Position numbers and translations under genes: made by a program
Shown here: in pieces, positions 1 to 14,144 of the stretch
Numbering within the stretch: the first letter of the stretch is position 1
How the letters are laid out: the number at the start of each line of letters is the position of its first letter
Notes under the pieces: model-generated
The model's database searches: none
Seen by the model: the letters and a program-made list of their open reading frames with translations, nothing else
Told to the model about the DNA's origin: nothing
DNA from: Octopus sinensis
Taxonomy: Eukaryota
DNA: 64,000 nucleotides
Direction: 5' to 3'
NCBI RefSeq assembly: GCF_006345805.1
Contig: NC_043005.1
Coordinates: forward strand, 35,340,001-35,404,000

Positions 1-18
1 CACGCACACAAGCGCAGT

Positions 19-303
19 GAGGGTTCCATTTGATCCGATCAATGGAATAGCCTACACGTGAAATTAATGCGCAAGTGGCTGAACACTCCACGGACACGTG
101 TACCCTTAACGCAGTTCTCGGGGAGATTCAGCATGACATAACAGAGTGTGACAAGGCCGGTCCTTTGAATTACAGATACTACTCATTTTCGCCAGCTGAA
201 TGGACCGAAGGAACATGAAATAAAGAGTCTTGTTCAAGGACACAACGCATCACGACCTTACGATCGTAAGCCGAATACCCTAACCACTAAATCACGCGCC
301 TTC
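19..303 (-). mobile_element. tRNA-derived SINE (head type H2, tail type A)
   Basis: Minus strand begins GAAGGCGCGTGATTTAGTGGTTAGGG (A-box-like) and has a GTGTCCTTGAACAAGAC central motif. Its 3' ~155 bp matches the tail of the SINE at 438-824. Confidence 0.8.
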
Positions 304-323
304 ACCATGCATATATACACATG

Positions 324-388
<65 letters not shown>

Positions 389-437
389 ACGCGACTGTGT
401 GTTTGCCTGTGTGCATGTCTATATTATATATAGACGT

Positions 438-824
438 GGAGGCGCAATGGCCCAGTGGTTAGGGCAGCGGACTCGCGGTCGTAGGATCGCGGTTTCGATT
501 CCCAGACCGGGCGTTGTGAGTGTTTATTGAGCGAAAACACCTAAAGCTCCCCGAGGCTCCGGCAGGGGATGGTGGTGATCCCTGCTGTACTCTTTCACCA
601 CAACTCTCTCTCACTCTTACTTCCTGTTTCTGTTGTACCTGTATTTCAAAGGGCCGGCCTTGTCACTCTCTGTGTCACGCTGAATATCCCCCGAGAACTA
701 CGTTAAGGGTACACGTGTCCGTGGAGTGCTCAGCCACTTACACGTTAATTTCACGAGCAGGCTGTTCCGTTGATTCGGATCAACCGGAACCCTCGTCGTC
801 GGAACCAACGGAGTGCTTCCATCC
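438..824 (+). mobile_element. tRNA-derived SINE (head type H1, tail type A)
   Basis: GGCGCAATGGCCCAGTGGTTAGGGCAGCGGACTCGCGG...GGTTTCGATTCCC is a tRNA-like head with A and B boxes. The same head and body recur at 5305, 27001, 27353 and 32963. Confidence 0.9.
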
Positions 825-1269
825 ATTATATATATTTAACGGTTTATAAAAAAATATTTTAAACTTAAAAATATCCGCCAACATCAATGAAATCTACCTT
901 CTTGACATTAGAAGAGCCGCCTCTCCCACCGAAAATCACTCGAAAGTGCTAAACAACACTCCACACTCTATGTCACCACTGTCTGGCATCAAAGAGAAGT
1001 CTGCTTCGCTAGTAAATATAAAAGTAAAACTTAGGATGTTTTCCTTCTTCTGTAAAGTACATTTCTCTCTTGAACTGCTCTATCTTTTCTTGATTTGGTA
1101 ACGTTGTCTGACCAGCAACATTGCTGAGGCCCTGGTGGGGTTTACAGCTGATACGATTTTTATAATCAGAACAGTTTCTACGATGAGAATGACGAAGATA
1201 TTCAGTGATGAGCAAAAAATTAAGACTCAAAACAGGAAAGAATTCTTTTCTAAAGAAACAAAAAAAAAA

Positions 1270-1560
1270 AGAAAAACCATACCACCACCATCCCTACCAC
1301 CACCACAACTATTACAGCCAGCACTATTACCACCAACACCACTATTACAGCCAGCACTACCGCTCCCATAAAACAACAACAAAACACCATCACCACCACT
1401 GTAACACAAACAACATCAATAAAGTGAGACTGAAGCCGAGTCAACCACCACCGCCATCACCACCACCACCACCGCCATCACCATCAGCACTACCACCGCC
1501 ATCACCATCAGCACCACGACGACCACGACGACCACCACCACCACCAACAACAACAACAGA
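1270..1560. repeat. Degenerate (ACC/ACA)n trinucleotide low-complexity tract
   Basis: Directly visible; explains the Pro/His-rich ORFs here. Confidence 0.85.
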
Positions 1561-2007
1561 GACAGAAAATAGCACAAAAAAAATGTTTCCAGAGACACAG
1601 ATGTCCTGTGGAGGGACTTAAAAAAAGTCCACAATAGAGGCGGTAGGAGTGGTGCATAAGATGGGAAGGCGGGGACAGTTTTGTATTCCAGGCTAAATTG
1701 AGAGAGGCAGCACTTTAAGGAATATCGTTTCTTTTAGACATGGAACTGGGAGGGACAAGGATCCGAATGGGTGGTTTAAACTGCCAGAAATGCCAACTCT
1801 TGATATCATGGGCCACAAAATCAAGCATCAAAACTACTTATTTTAACATTCCAAGGTTTTTTTCTATCTCAAATCAGAATTTAAAAAAAAATAGCAATAA
1901 AAAAGCTGTTTGGAGTGATTACCTGACTTGAATATCTGTAGTTAGCGGTATTACATAGGTGGCAGCACGCAGACAGCCTCGGACAAACAACTCACATGGA
2001 TCAGGGA

Positions 2008-2370
<363 letters not shown>

Positions 2371-2480
2371 ATTTGTTTACGTATGTGTGTGCATGTCTAC
2401 GAGGAGAGTGAAAGAGAGTGAGAGAGGGTGAAAGAGAGTGAGGGAGAGTGAAAAAGAGTGAGAGAGAGTGGAAGAGAATG

Positions 2481-2529
<49 letters not shown>

Positions 2530-2818
2530 TGCGTGTGTGTGTGTGTATATGTATATATATACGTTTACATAATGCACACAGACACACAACTCAGAAGAAA
2601 TAAGTCGATAGAAAAAAAAAGTGAAAGAGTGAGATAGGTATATTCATACATGCATATACCGTCCATCCATCTGTACATACATACACATACACATTTACAT
2701 ACATACAAACAAACATACACACGCATACAAACACACATGCACACACCCACACTCATATATGCACGCACACACACACACCACACACACATACAGACACACA
2801 AATATACACATATATGTT

Positions 2819-2922
2819 TATTCTTAAACAAGAATATTGTTGATAGTGACTTCGAAGTTTCAGTCAGTTAAGCAATCATCGAACTTCGAAGTCGCTGTCA
2901 ACAATATTCTTGTTTAAGAATA
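2819..2922. repeat. 41-bp-arm inverted repeat (foldback, MITE-like, TA at both ends)
   Basis: 2819-2859 is the reverse complement of 2882-2922 with 2 differences; 22-nt spacer. Confidence 0.85.
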
Positions 2923-2991
2923 CATTTGTACTCTACAAAAGTATAGACTAACTTAATGTAACTAAACAAAAAAAGCATTTACACACGCACG

Positions 2992-3032
<41 letters not shown>

Positions 3033-3336
3033 AGAAAAAGCTGAACAGAGATACAGATGGAGAGAAGGAGAGAAGGAAAAGAGAGAGTGAGAGAGTGTGA
3101 GAGAGAGGTAAATAGATATGTAGGTAAATGAATCTACCATTTCCCTCGATGTGTTACGTAATTAAAATATATAATTTGTGCTTATTTCAGCCGGTGTCTG
3201 GGGAATAAATTTACCAACTTTAAACTTCCAAACCAATGTTTTTGGGGTTTTTTTCCTCTTTAGTGCCACATGGTGTCTGTTCTCATCATATTTATCATTT
3301 CCTACTTGATTCCACTAGTTCTCTGCACGCACCAGT

Positions 3337-3400
<64 letters not shown>

Positions 3401-5304
3401 GCTGTTTGAATCTTGTTTGACTGTTGTTTTTATTCTTTTTCGCTTTGCTCATCTGGAAAAAAATAAAATAAAATAAGATTATATAAAATTAAATATGATA
3501 GATAAAAGAAGTCAAAATTCTAAAATCATTATATTTGTGAAGCGCAATTTTAAATTTGGACTGGAGCGAAATTCGAACTGTTTTACGGGTCAAATGTTGC
3601 TATTATTGTTATAAATGACTGGCTGTGGCTTATCATTCCAAGTCCTGAAATCAAACAGGAATTGCAAAGAAAATATAACAAAAAAACAGTTCTATTATCT
3701 TTTATCTTGATTACAAACAATGCTTTCTCTCCACAAACTGCTTATCATTTTACATGGATATCAACTCTGTTTGTTGGAGACGAAACAGAGACACATCGGC
3801 TCTCCTTTATCTATTATAGAAAAATACGATAAAATGTTAATTGAATTCGTTGAAAGCAGCTGCAAACCACACATTTAGAACCTACCTCAATATGTACCCC
3901 ACCACTCCACCTTACAATACCAGATTCTAATTCAGTGTTATTCCATGAATATTTCGAAGTTTTAGAGATTTGTTTTCTTCTTCTCAGGTCTTAAACCCTT
4001 TAATGCATAATGTTTTATTTTCGTCCTATCATTAAATTGTTATTAAATGAGAAGAAATGAAACGGTATATCAAGATGAAGAAGTTATAAAAGAATGGGTG
4101 TTATATAAGTTTAGATTAATAAGAAATTAATGAGATGTTGAATGGTGCTTAAAATTGAGATATAGCTGGCTGTCGTGTTTCTTGGGGCTCTATAAATGAA
4201 CGTTTAACAGGTAACTAGGTTTGTCATGAAACCACAAGTGTCATGAACCTGGGACTTAACCTTGTTTTTTGGGGCACTATACATGGCCAATAAAACGGGT
4301 AACAGGCAACTATTATCGCAGCACCTTGAGTTTTTTTACAGTTTCCTTTGCATATAAACCGTTGAAGGCGCAGTGTGCCTGTATGGTTAAGAAGTTCGCA
4401 TTGCAAGTACAAGGCTCCGGGTACGATCTCAATGCCTGGCATCAAGGATAAATGACGTTTTCTGTAGCCTTGCGTCGATCCATACATATCTTGTGAATAA
4501 AACTTGAGTTGACGGAAACTGGATAGATGCCAGTCGGATGGATTGTATTGGTAAATCAAAAGGGTATATGTGTTTGTGGAATGCTCAACAACAAGGGATC
4601 GAACAGCTGAATACTCCTCGTCGAATGACGGAGAGCCGCTACCGCCCCCCCCCCCATAACAACAATACAACACTACCTATTCCTCCCTAACGAGGACGGT
4701 ATACTAGTTCATCACTGAAGTAAAAAAGAAGAAAAGAAAAAGAATGTAGACTTTTGCTTAAAAACACAACGCGGCGCCTTGTTGAGGAATCGAGCCCACT
4801 ATTTGACGGGGTCCAATACCTCCAACGAGTAATGTCACCAACCTTCACTCACGCGAAAAGGTTAATGTGTATTTGGGACTAACTACAACTCACCGGTCAG
4901 AAGGAAACAAAAATAAACAGACTCACAGATCCCGAAGTAAAGTAACTCACAATATCAACAAAATGTGATTATTACCGTTGATAACAATAAAATATATTAA
5001 ACCACAAGGGGTAGCTATTAGTAAAGAATACATTTACCACATTACATTACTACAGCTGACAACAATAGAACATATTACACTAGAGGGGTAGCTATAAGTA
5101 AACTTCACCTCTCCAACATTACACTAGTTTCTTAGTTGTAATGGACCTTTGACTTTTCTGACGCTTCACATTGATACGATTCGATTTCTCATTAGAATTG
5201 TGATTATGAATTAAAGGGAGTAATTAACGCAGTGGTTCTCAACTGGGATTCATATGATCCTTAGGGGTCCATATAAGATTTTATTGTAAAAAAAATTTTT
5301 TTTA

Positions 5305-5597
5305 CGACCAGGCTATCATATGTTGCTACACATCGCTGGTCACAATGCGCTTCGCATTGTTTTAGCCTTCAAATGACGTCACCCCACTGTTTAAGCGAGC
5401 AGGCCTACAGAAGAAAGAGTGAGTGAAAGTTGTGGCGAAAGAGTACTGCAGGGATCGCCACCACCCCCTGCCGGAGCCTCGTGGAGCTTTAGGTGTTTTC
5501 GCTCAATAAACACTCACAACGCCCGGTCTGCGTATCGAAACCGCGATCCTACGACCGCGAGTCCGCTGCCCTAACCACTGGGCCATTGTGCATCCAC
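5305..5597 (-). mobile_element. tRNA-derived SINE (H1 head, tail B)
   Basis: Reverse complement of the 438 head and body; tail shared with 27353 and 32963. Confidence 0.88.
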
Positions 5598-5629
5598 TGT
5601 TAAAATTTATCTGCAATAAATTGGTTCGG

Positions 5630-6035
5630 ATCTTTTCGGTTTGAACGGCAGTTTTTTCTAGCGGTGTCATATGAAATTGTCGCCCATAATTATGACCCTA
5701 GTATCGATCTATTACATTTTAATGTTTTAGGGTTAGGGTTAGCTAGGGTTAGGGTTAGGGGTTGGGAGAAGGATATCTTTTTTTCTTCACAAATGTAAAT
5801 AAACCCAATCTGTTTCTTAAACGAGGGACATATTCATACGGCAAAGAATGTTTTTTTACCTCAATAGACGTCATTGATTGGTTGAAATTGTAGAAATTGA
5901 AGAAAAAAAACAACAACAAATATCTTACAAACTATAGAATTTTCTCAATAATGCCAAGAGAAAAAGATGTTTTATAAACACATTCTACCAGTATACGAAG
6001 TTTAAAAGTGTTTAGTTACGTGGAAATTATTTTTA
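5630..6035. mobile_element. Interspersed non-autonomous element with an internal TTAGGG tract (5727-5761)
   Basis: TTAGGGTTAGGGTTAGCTAGGGTTAGGGTTAGGGG lies in a distinct block nested inside the hAT MITE. Boundaries approximate. Confidence 0.45.
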
Positions 6036-6457
6036 TACAATTCCTATTAATGTTTCATTCTAAAAACAATGGGATTTCAAAAAAAATATAAGTAAAATTA
6101 AGACTCAAAGGGTCCATTAGTAGAAAAATGCTTCAAAAACACTGAGCTAACGTGTCACTGGTGAATATTTGGGTCCTTATTCACTGGCTGACTGGTGTGT
6201 GCGTGAGTGTGTGCGTATATGTATGTGCGTGCTTTCGTGTGTAAAGGAATGAATGCATATATGCATATGTGTGTGTAAGAGTGTGTCTGAGCGCGTGTGC
6301 AAATGTATATGTATGCGTGAATGTCTGTGCATATGTATGTGTATGTATACTTGTGTGAAGGTATGCATGTATATGTGCGGCTACGTATGCGTGAATGAAT
6401 GTATGTGTGTGTATGTGTGTACTTGTGCGTGCCTGTATAAATATATTTAAACATAAA

Positions 6458-6496
<39 letters not shown>

Positions 6497-6691
6497 ACAT
6501 ATAATTATAAGCACACATATACACATGCACAAACATACACACCCATAATAAGTGTGTGTATGAGTATTAGCATTCTTTACAGAATGTTACCTGTTCACGT
6601 CAAAGACGCTTGTTGCTAATTTTTTTTTATGTGAAGTCTGAAGTTGTTTGACAAGGTTTGGTGACATTTTAATCGCTGGCAGGTGCTAGAT

Positions 6692-6854
<163 letters not shown>

Positions 6855-7531
6855 CATGTATACGTGCGCGCTCACACACACACATGATATATGTTAGTGT
6901 GCCTGCATGAATAAATTCCCGAGTTAGTTTTCACATTCACAGCAGTTACTTATACTATATTGAAAGGAAGGTAGGGCTATTTAAGCGACCTAATTGTGTG
7001 TTAATATGAAAAGCAAGTCTCTTTTTCTTTCTCTTTCTCCTCCTCTCTTTTTTTCTCTAACTACATCCATGAAGAAAACTTTCAGAGGCACACACAGTGT
7101 TGGGGGTCTCATAAATAGAGTGCGGCAGAAAAACCTCCCATATATTCTTTTGGCTTCACTCTGCTGCTAGTGGAGTTAGCTAGGTGATAACGATGTCTGC
7201 AGGTAGCTGATATTTTACCGTTTTATTCTGCACTTTCCATCACGGTTGAAACTGGTGCACACTTTGCGTTAACCAAGAGCGGTGAATCTGATAGGTTTTG
7301 TAACGTACTCTGTGCGAGTGGGCTTTGTTCATTTTTATATAACAGTAACACATTCAGTTTTTATTTACTCTTTCTATTTGACTTTTATTACCTGACTTTA
7401 TATTGATGGCTCTTTAAACATGCACGCACACACATACACACACATGCACATACACACGCACACATGCATACACACATTCCTACTGCGCGGCACAATGGCG
7501 TATCCTTGCTATAGCTTCCGCTTTAACCATT

Positions 7532-7570
7532 GTTTTGTGAAGACAAGCCCCTGCCGGAAACTGTAAAAAC
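7532..7570 (+). ncRNA. Degenerate minimal type I hammerhead motif (probably inactive)
   Basis: GTTTT-GTGAAGA-CAAGCCCCTGCCG-GAAA-CTG-TA-AAAAC. Stem I is 5 bp in register; C3 is replaced by G and stem II is broken. Confidence 0.45.
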
Positions 7571-7819
7571 CTCGTCGTGTTACATATGCGTGCGTGTTTA
7601 AGTGTGTTGTGTAGTGGTTTTTATAGCTAAAGCGGTTCGAGAATTAGAGATGGAGAAAATAAATACCTAGCAAATAAATATTGAATTCGTTATAAAACTC
7701 TTGAATGCAGTGTCACAAAATGGTCGAATAAAATATGTGTATAAATATGTGTATAAATATCTATCCGTCCGTCCGTCCATCTGTCTATTTGCTTGTCTGC
7801 CTGCCTGCCTGCCTGCCTA

Positions 7820-7863
<44 letters not shown>

Positions 7864-7944
7864 CCTACCTAACTATGATTCTACTTTTTCTGTTTGATTA
7901 TCTGTCTGTCTGTCTGTATGTATATAGGTAAGAAAAAGGCAAAA

Positions 7945-8263
7945 AATTCCGCTGAGGTCGACTTTGCCTTTCATCCTTTCGGGGTCGATAAATTAAGTAC
8001 CAGTTACGCACTGGGGTCGATGTAATCGACTTAATACCTATGTCTGTAATAAAGAAAGTATGTATGTATGTATGTATGTATGTATGTATGTATGTATGTA
8101 TGTATGCATATATGTATGTATGTATGTATGTATATATGAATGTATGTATGTATGTGTGTATGTATGGATGTATCTGTCTGTCTGTCTATCTATTTATATC
8201 TGTCTGTCTATTTTTCTATTTAGAGAAGACGAAAGCGAAGAGCGAGAGAGAGAGAGAGAAAGG

Positions 8264-8297
<34 letters not shown>

Positions 8298-8917
8298 ATG
8301 TGTGTGGAAAGAGAAATGTAAATGGGCAACAACTTTTGATAAACACATGATGTATACTCCAATAGTTTCTTGTCGAAGGCGCATTATTGGTGATCCGTGA
8401 ATAATTCTTCCTACTATAGGCTCATGCCCTGAATTTTTGGGGTGAGGCGGTGTTAGTCGATTACATCGACCCCAATGCTCTACAGGCACTCATTTTATCG
8501 ACTCTGAAGGGATGAAAGGCAAAGTTGACCTCAGTGGAATTCGAACTCAGAACGTATAGAGACGGACGAAATACCGCTAAGCGTTTTGTCTGGTGTGCTA
8601 ACGAAACTGTCAGAATTTCGTGAATAATGGCTGCAGAAATATACGGTTTGTGGAGTCTTTCTTTCAAAAATGAATCTAATATTTGAGAGAAAAATGCTGA
8701 AAAAGAAATAAATTTGTTAAAAAGATTTCAATAAGTAACAAGAGATGCTTCAGCTGAATGAATGGAAGTGCGGTGGGTCATTCAATGAATTATTGATCTC
8801 CGGGCTCGAACATCCTATCAGAGGCTGAAAGAGGACAGAGCTCAAACATCACGTGTATGTGTGTGTGCAGATCACACGCACAAGAACAAATTCGCACACA
8901 AGTGTGTGCGTGTGAGC

Positions 8918-8952
<35 letters not shown>

Positions 8953-9140
8953 TGTGCGTGCATACGTGCGCGTGTGACATTCACTTACAAATTTCTATCT
9001 TTAGATGTTCATTGTCCTTTGCTTATGAGAAACCAGTTTGACATCATCGTAGTTGATGGCAAAGGGATGCAATTATTTACAGTAAGTTCTTCAAACCAAA
9101 CACAACGGAAAGGATAATAATAATAATAATAATAATAATG

Positions 9141-9202
<62 letters not shown>

Positions 9203-10640
9203 AATATAACAAGTTTAAAAAAGTAAAGTACAACAGAAGCAGCAACTATTTGCGATGGATGCGAGAATGTAATTTGAGTCCAGGTATGGATTATGCTATG
9301 AAATCACAATGGCGACACTGAATAATCCTTTCTACAATAGGCACAAAGCCTGGAATTTTTGGGGGGGTGGGGGGGATAAGCAGCTTAGTACATGAGTACT
9401 CAACTGGTACTTATTTTATCGACCCCGAAGGGATGAAAGGCAAAGTCGACTTCCGCGGAATTTGAAATCAGAACGTGAAGACAGACGAAATGCCGCTAAG
9501 CATTTCGCCCGCCTTAGGCGACATTTAATAATAATAATAATAATGATAATAATAATAATATAATAATAATAATAATAAATTCCCTGATGCAATACCAAGC
9601 AGTAGCTCTCATGGCTTCTGATCTTAACTGGCTGGAAGTGTTAACGTGTACATGTGTTGTTTTGGTGTAAAAGATGGGCTACAAATATTCTGCACAGTAC
9701 TTGCTTGATCTGAAGCAGTTGAGCATGTCCGTTAGTGGCTGACAATATGATTATCTCTGATCACGAAGAGGAGTAGTGAGGAACCATCATAGCCATATGC
9801 TGAGAGGAATCCTTTACAGTTTGAATAATTCACCTCTAGAAACATGGGTGTTTCGTTCATCATTTCTAAACAACCCTTATTCAGGAACCTTTTGACTGGG
9901 ATGGGCTACTGGACCTGAAAAAACGTTCTAACTGGACCCCACCTGCCAGGTCATGTGTTGTTTATCATGATGGGTATACTGGACTTCGTATATTTGTACC
10001 TCAACATCACTTTGATGTTGTGTGCAGCTCTCTGACTCAATAACAACAACAACACAACAACAACAACAATAAACACAATAATAATAACCATTATCGCCAT
10101 CACTACCCACATCATCATTGTTTATTGTCAAAAAATGAGAGTTACCGGATCTTGTGAGACTTCACTGGTTGTAAAGTATTTCAGATTCAATAATAGTTTC
10201 AAATTTTGGGACAAGGCCAGTAAATTTGAAGCGAGAAGGATAATCAACTCCATTGATCTCGGTGCTCGCTAGTACCTTAATCTTATCGATCTCGAAAGGG
10301 TGAAAGCAAAATCTACTTCCGCGGAATTTGAACTCGAAATGTAAAGGACCGGAAGATATGTCGCAAAGCATTTTGTCCGGTGTGCTAAAGATTCTGTCAG
10401 CTCACCGCCTTATTTCAGTTCAATAATTCTTTCTATTATAGGCAGAAGGTCTGAAATATTAGAAGACGAGGATAATCAATTATATTGATTCTAGTGCTCA
10501 ACTGGTACTTCATTTTATCGATCTCGAAAGGATGAAAGGCAAAGTCGACCACGGCGGAACTTGTACTCAGATCGTGAAGACGGTCAAAATGGTTCTAAGT
10601 ATTTTGTCCGGCGTGGTAACGATTCTGCCAGTTCACCACC
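7945..10640. mobile_element. Several copies of SINE family M (about 7945-8045 +; 8401-8612 -; 9320-9520 -; 10175-10410 -; 10425-10640 -)
   Basis: Recurrent GTCGACTTTGCCTTTCATCCTTTCGGGGTCGATAAAATAAGTACCAG core (resembles the Meta-SINE central domain) behind a tRNA-like head with GAGTTCAAATTCC B box. Confidence 0.8.
9580..9950. repeat. Old interspersed repeat fragment (second copy at about 51390-51585)
   Basis: Shared CATGTCC..AGTGGCTGACAATAT...TCTCTGATCA..ATCATAGCCA...TTTGAATAATT between the two loci. Confidence 0.55.
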
Positions 10641-12380
10641 TCAATTTCAGATGTAATAATACAAACTTGGAACCGTTATATTATGGAAAGAAATAGCTTA
10701 GACTAACAGGTATTTCAGAGTAGAAGATTGATCACGGTAGGACATCCTATGACAACATGGCGAGCAACTGGTCAGTAGAGCATCGGTCAATATATCTTGT
10801 GTAATTTGTTCCGGTCGAGGTCGATAAAATAAAGTACCAATGCAGAACAATGGCGTGAACCAGTGGATCGTTAGAGCTTCAGGCAAAATGCTAGCTCTTT
10901 GTACCCTGAGTACCTGGGTAGTAGACTTAACCTATCAAACTATTAACCATCACCACCACCACCACCTCCATCACCACCACCACCACCACCTTCAGCACCA
11001 CCACGAATCCAATATGTTGCAAAAATTTGGGCAAGGTCTCCTATCATCAGTCTCAATGGTAATGAAAAGACGGGCGATGGGTCCTGTCCCCTCTTCCCTT
11101 CACTAAACAGTGCTCCCAGCAAAAGAACCCTCTATCCTATGGTGCAGTTCGTTAGCTTGTCGTTAGTTATTTTGGATTTACTCGATCAGGGCTGGTTTAG
11201 AGCTGAACTACAATTAAGCAATGCAACGTCGCATGGAAATCTAAAAAAAAAAAAATCAGTTGCTATACTGTAGCTGAAGCAATAACAACTATAAGTTTAT
11301 ATAGCTGAAGATGTATTATTAAAGCTGAAATACACTGCTTGCTCAGTAGCTGAACTACGAGAAGTAAATCACGTTAAGAGCATTTTTTTAAAACTAGTCA
11401 TCAGTACTTTAAATATGTAGTCGGCCACCTTTGACTTGTTCAAACAACATAATGAAGCTGCAATGCAAATAAAAAAACGGCTTTACATAAAGAACAGCTT
11501 GGAAGGACGTAGGCACAAACAAATACAAGCATGCTTATAGGGACATTCTTTTACAAAGAAAAGCATAGAGAGATACACGCATGCGCACACACTCAGTGAG
11601 TGAATGAAGCGCAGACACCAGCATTCATTCGCGTAACTGGGCCGCGAGACAGCGAAAATAAGAAAGTTGTATTTCTAAAAAAGTGTGAGAAAACCAAAGA
11701 AGTTATAATTATATTTTTCATTTAATTGTTAATTTAAGGCTATTATTTTCAGGTACTCTGGCAGAATCTTTAGCACATCCGACAAAATGATTAGTGGCAT
11801 ATCTGCTGACTCTATACTTTCTGACTTCAGATTCTACCAAGGTAGACTCACCCTTTCAGGAACGATGAAATAAAGTAGTAGTTGCGCACTGGGAAGCGGT
11901 GTGATTTATTCCCCCACCTAAAATTGCTGGCCTTCTGCGAACATTTAAAACCGTTATATTAAAGCAAGTTTAAGGAAAGCATCGGGGACTCACTGATGGG
12001 GAAACTCAATACTAAAAGTAAACTCAAATTTATTATAAAATTGGTTTTAACTGGGACTTTAAGTTCCGTCCGATAGCTTATTCAACCATTATATATATAT
12101 ATGATTTATTTCATAGATAGGTTTTCTAATTAAGCAGATTTCTACTGATTAAACGCTCACAGTACATTATTGATATTGATTTTATCGATTCTGGTGAAGC
12201 AAAAGAATAAAGTGGGCTCTACTGGGATTTAAAACCAAAAGACCGAGGTGCTAGATTTTGGGTGAAATATATACCGCATTAAGAATATTGACTTCTCTTT
12301 GGAGTACGTTCAATGACAAAAATAAATTAAAGCAGAATACTGGACAGGACAGTTTGGTAGTGATACTCTCTGTCTCTCTC

Positions 12381-12457
<77 letters not shown>

Positions 12458-13497
12458 ACATACACACATACACACACACAAACACACATACGTGTGTGTG
12501 TGTGTACTGGATGAATAAGCCGTCAGGTGAAACTTTAATCATTTATTAAATAAAAATGTGAGTACTTGATAATTTTTTGTGCTCAAAGGTGTTCCAGCTA
12601 TGAACACCCCATTGATTTGTATACCTTTATCTATCTCTTATATTCATCCAAAGCGTTCTTCCTTGATTCGACTGATATTTCTAGCAGGCCAACAGAACCA
12701 CATAGAGACTCTCTCGTTATCTTATATACAAGGAATTAGATATATACCAAACTAGCATGATAAAGAGTTTACCACGTTCTCGATAAGTACCTTCAAAGTT
12801 TATTATTAAAAATTATAAAAAATTTAATTGTTAAAATTTAACCATCACCCAAGTACCCTCTCTGTGTCCAGGGGTCGGCTCTGTTTTGTGTTAAGTGCAT
12901 ATAATCCCTCTGTGTTGTGTTGTGTTGACTGCATACTATCAGCCAGGCTCTTGTTTCTAGTCTATTCTTTGCCTTTGACAACCTCTTGCTCTTTTCCCCT
13001 CAATACATCCTGTCGAGATAGTTTTGGCTAACAAACTGTAGTGCATTGTAAGTCCACAATATGATATCATTGTGGATTTGATTCGCAACAATATGTATCT
13101 TTGCACTTTCAGATTTTCTTTTATTGCAGTGTTTGTTACTCAGTCTTCCCAGCTTGTTCTGCTCAGTCTACTAAAGATCTGCGTCACAAAGGAGAAAAAG
13201 CATTTTTAAAAAAATGTTCCTCTTTATCTCAAATTATAAACACCCCATACATAATTGCTGGTTTGTTTTCAGCAAAATTTTAGTTTTCAAAATCTCAAAT
13301 TATAGCTTTCTGTCTACACACACAAACACACGCAACACACACACATACACACACACACACACACACATACACACACACATAGGCACACATTCATGCACAT
13401 ATTTAGAGAAAGAGAAGAGATGAAAGAGGGGTGAGAGAAGGAAGAAATAGACAAAGAGAAGAGGGAGAGAGAGAGAAAGAGAGAGAGAGAGAAGGAA

Positions 13498-13528
<31 letters not shown>

Positions 13529-14095
13529 TAGGGGGGGGGACGAATTCTTGCCGGAATTTTCAACAACCGAAATATATTTCAGGAATTTCTAATGAACAAC
13601 AAATTCAGCGATGAAATCCTGCTCCCAAAACCGCGACGTCTTCATTTATAAACTGAAAAAATATTTCGTGATGTTATCCATTAATTATTGTTGCTGTTGC
13701 TGTTGTAGTCGCTGGTGCTGCCGTTGTTATTGTTGTTGTTGTTGTTGTTATTGTTGTTGTTGTTGTAGTTTTAAGCTATCTTTTGCTCTCATTAATAGAG
13801 CAAGTAAACCCCATCAGCTGACGTGAATCTGCCAACATATGGCTTTGTTCAGCAACGTTTTTGCTGATAATCATGAAGACAGGTCGCTGATGGACCAATT
13901 ACTTAATCAATATATGTAAGGGGGGGGGGGCTTAAAGACAATTTCAAAAACGCCGAATACATTCTCCACTGATTGGTGAGTTGTTAACACTCGTTCTTCC
14001 TTGCCTGACTTTACTGATATGGCATATTTTGGCAGCCATATTATGGAAACGGTGGACAATTACGTACACATTACCAAGACACACACACACACAGT

Positions 14096-14144
<49 letters not shown>

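Larger units (their letters stand above)
5230..6144. mobile_element. hAT (Charlie-like) MITE interrupted by nested insertions
   Basis: Starts CAGTGGTTCTCAAC and ends with degenerate TTCAAAAACACTG. The 8-bp flanks AATTAACG / AGCTAACG match at 6/8, consistent with a hAT target-site duplication. Confidence 0.65.

Noticed and set aside
438-520. tRNA genes at SINE heads
   Set aside because: A and B boxes are present, but they run into SINE bodies repeated many times in the window and no complete cloverleaf is evident.
1730-1850. Possible exon after TTTCTTTTAG (HGTGRDKDPNGWFKLPEMP...)
   Set aside because: No recognisable homology and no supporting neighbouring exons.
5727-5761. True telomere or chromosome fusion site
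   Set aside because: Only about 5 units, single orientation, embedded in an interspersed element.
11044-11405. CTGANGA hits at about 11044 (-), 11306 (+) and 11399 (-)
   Set aside because: No correctly placed GAAA/UH or no in-register stems; expected chance 7-mers.
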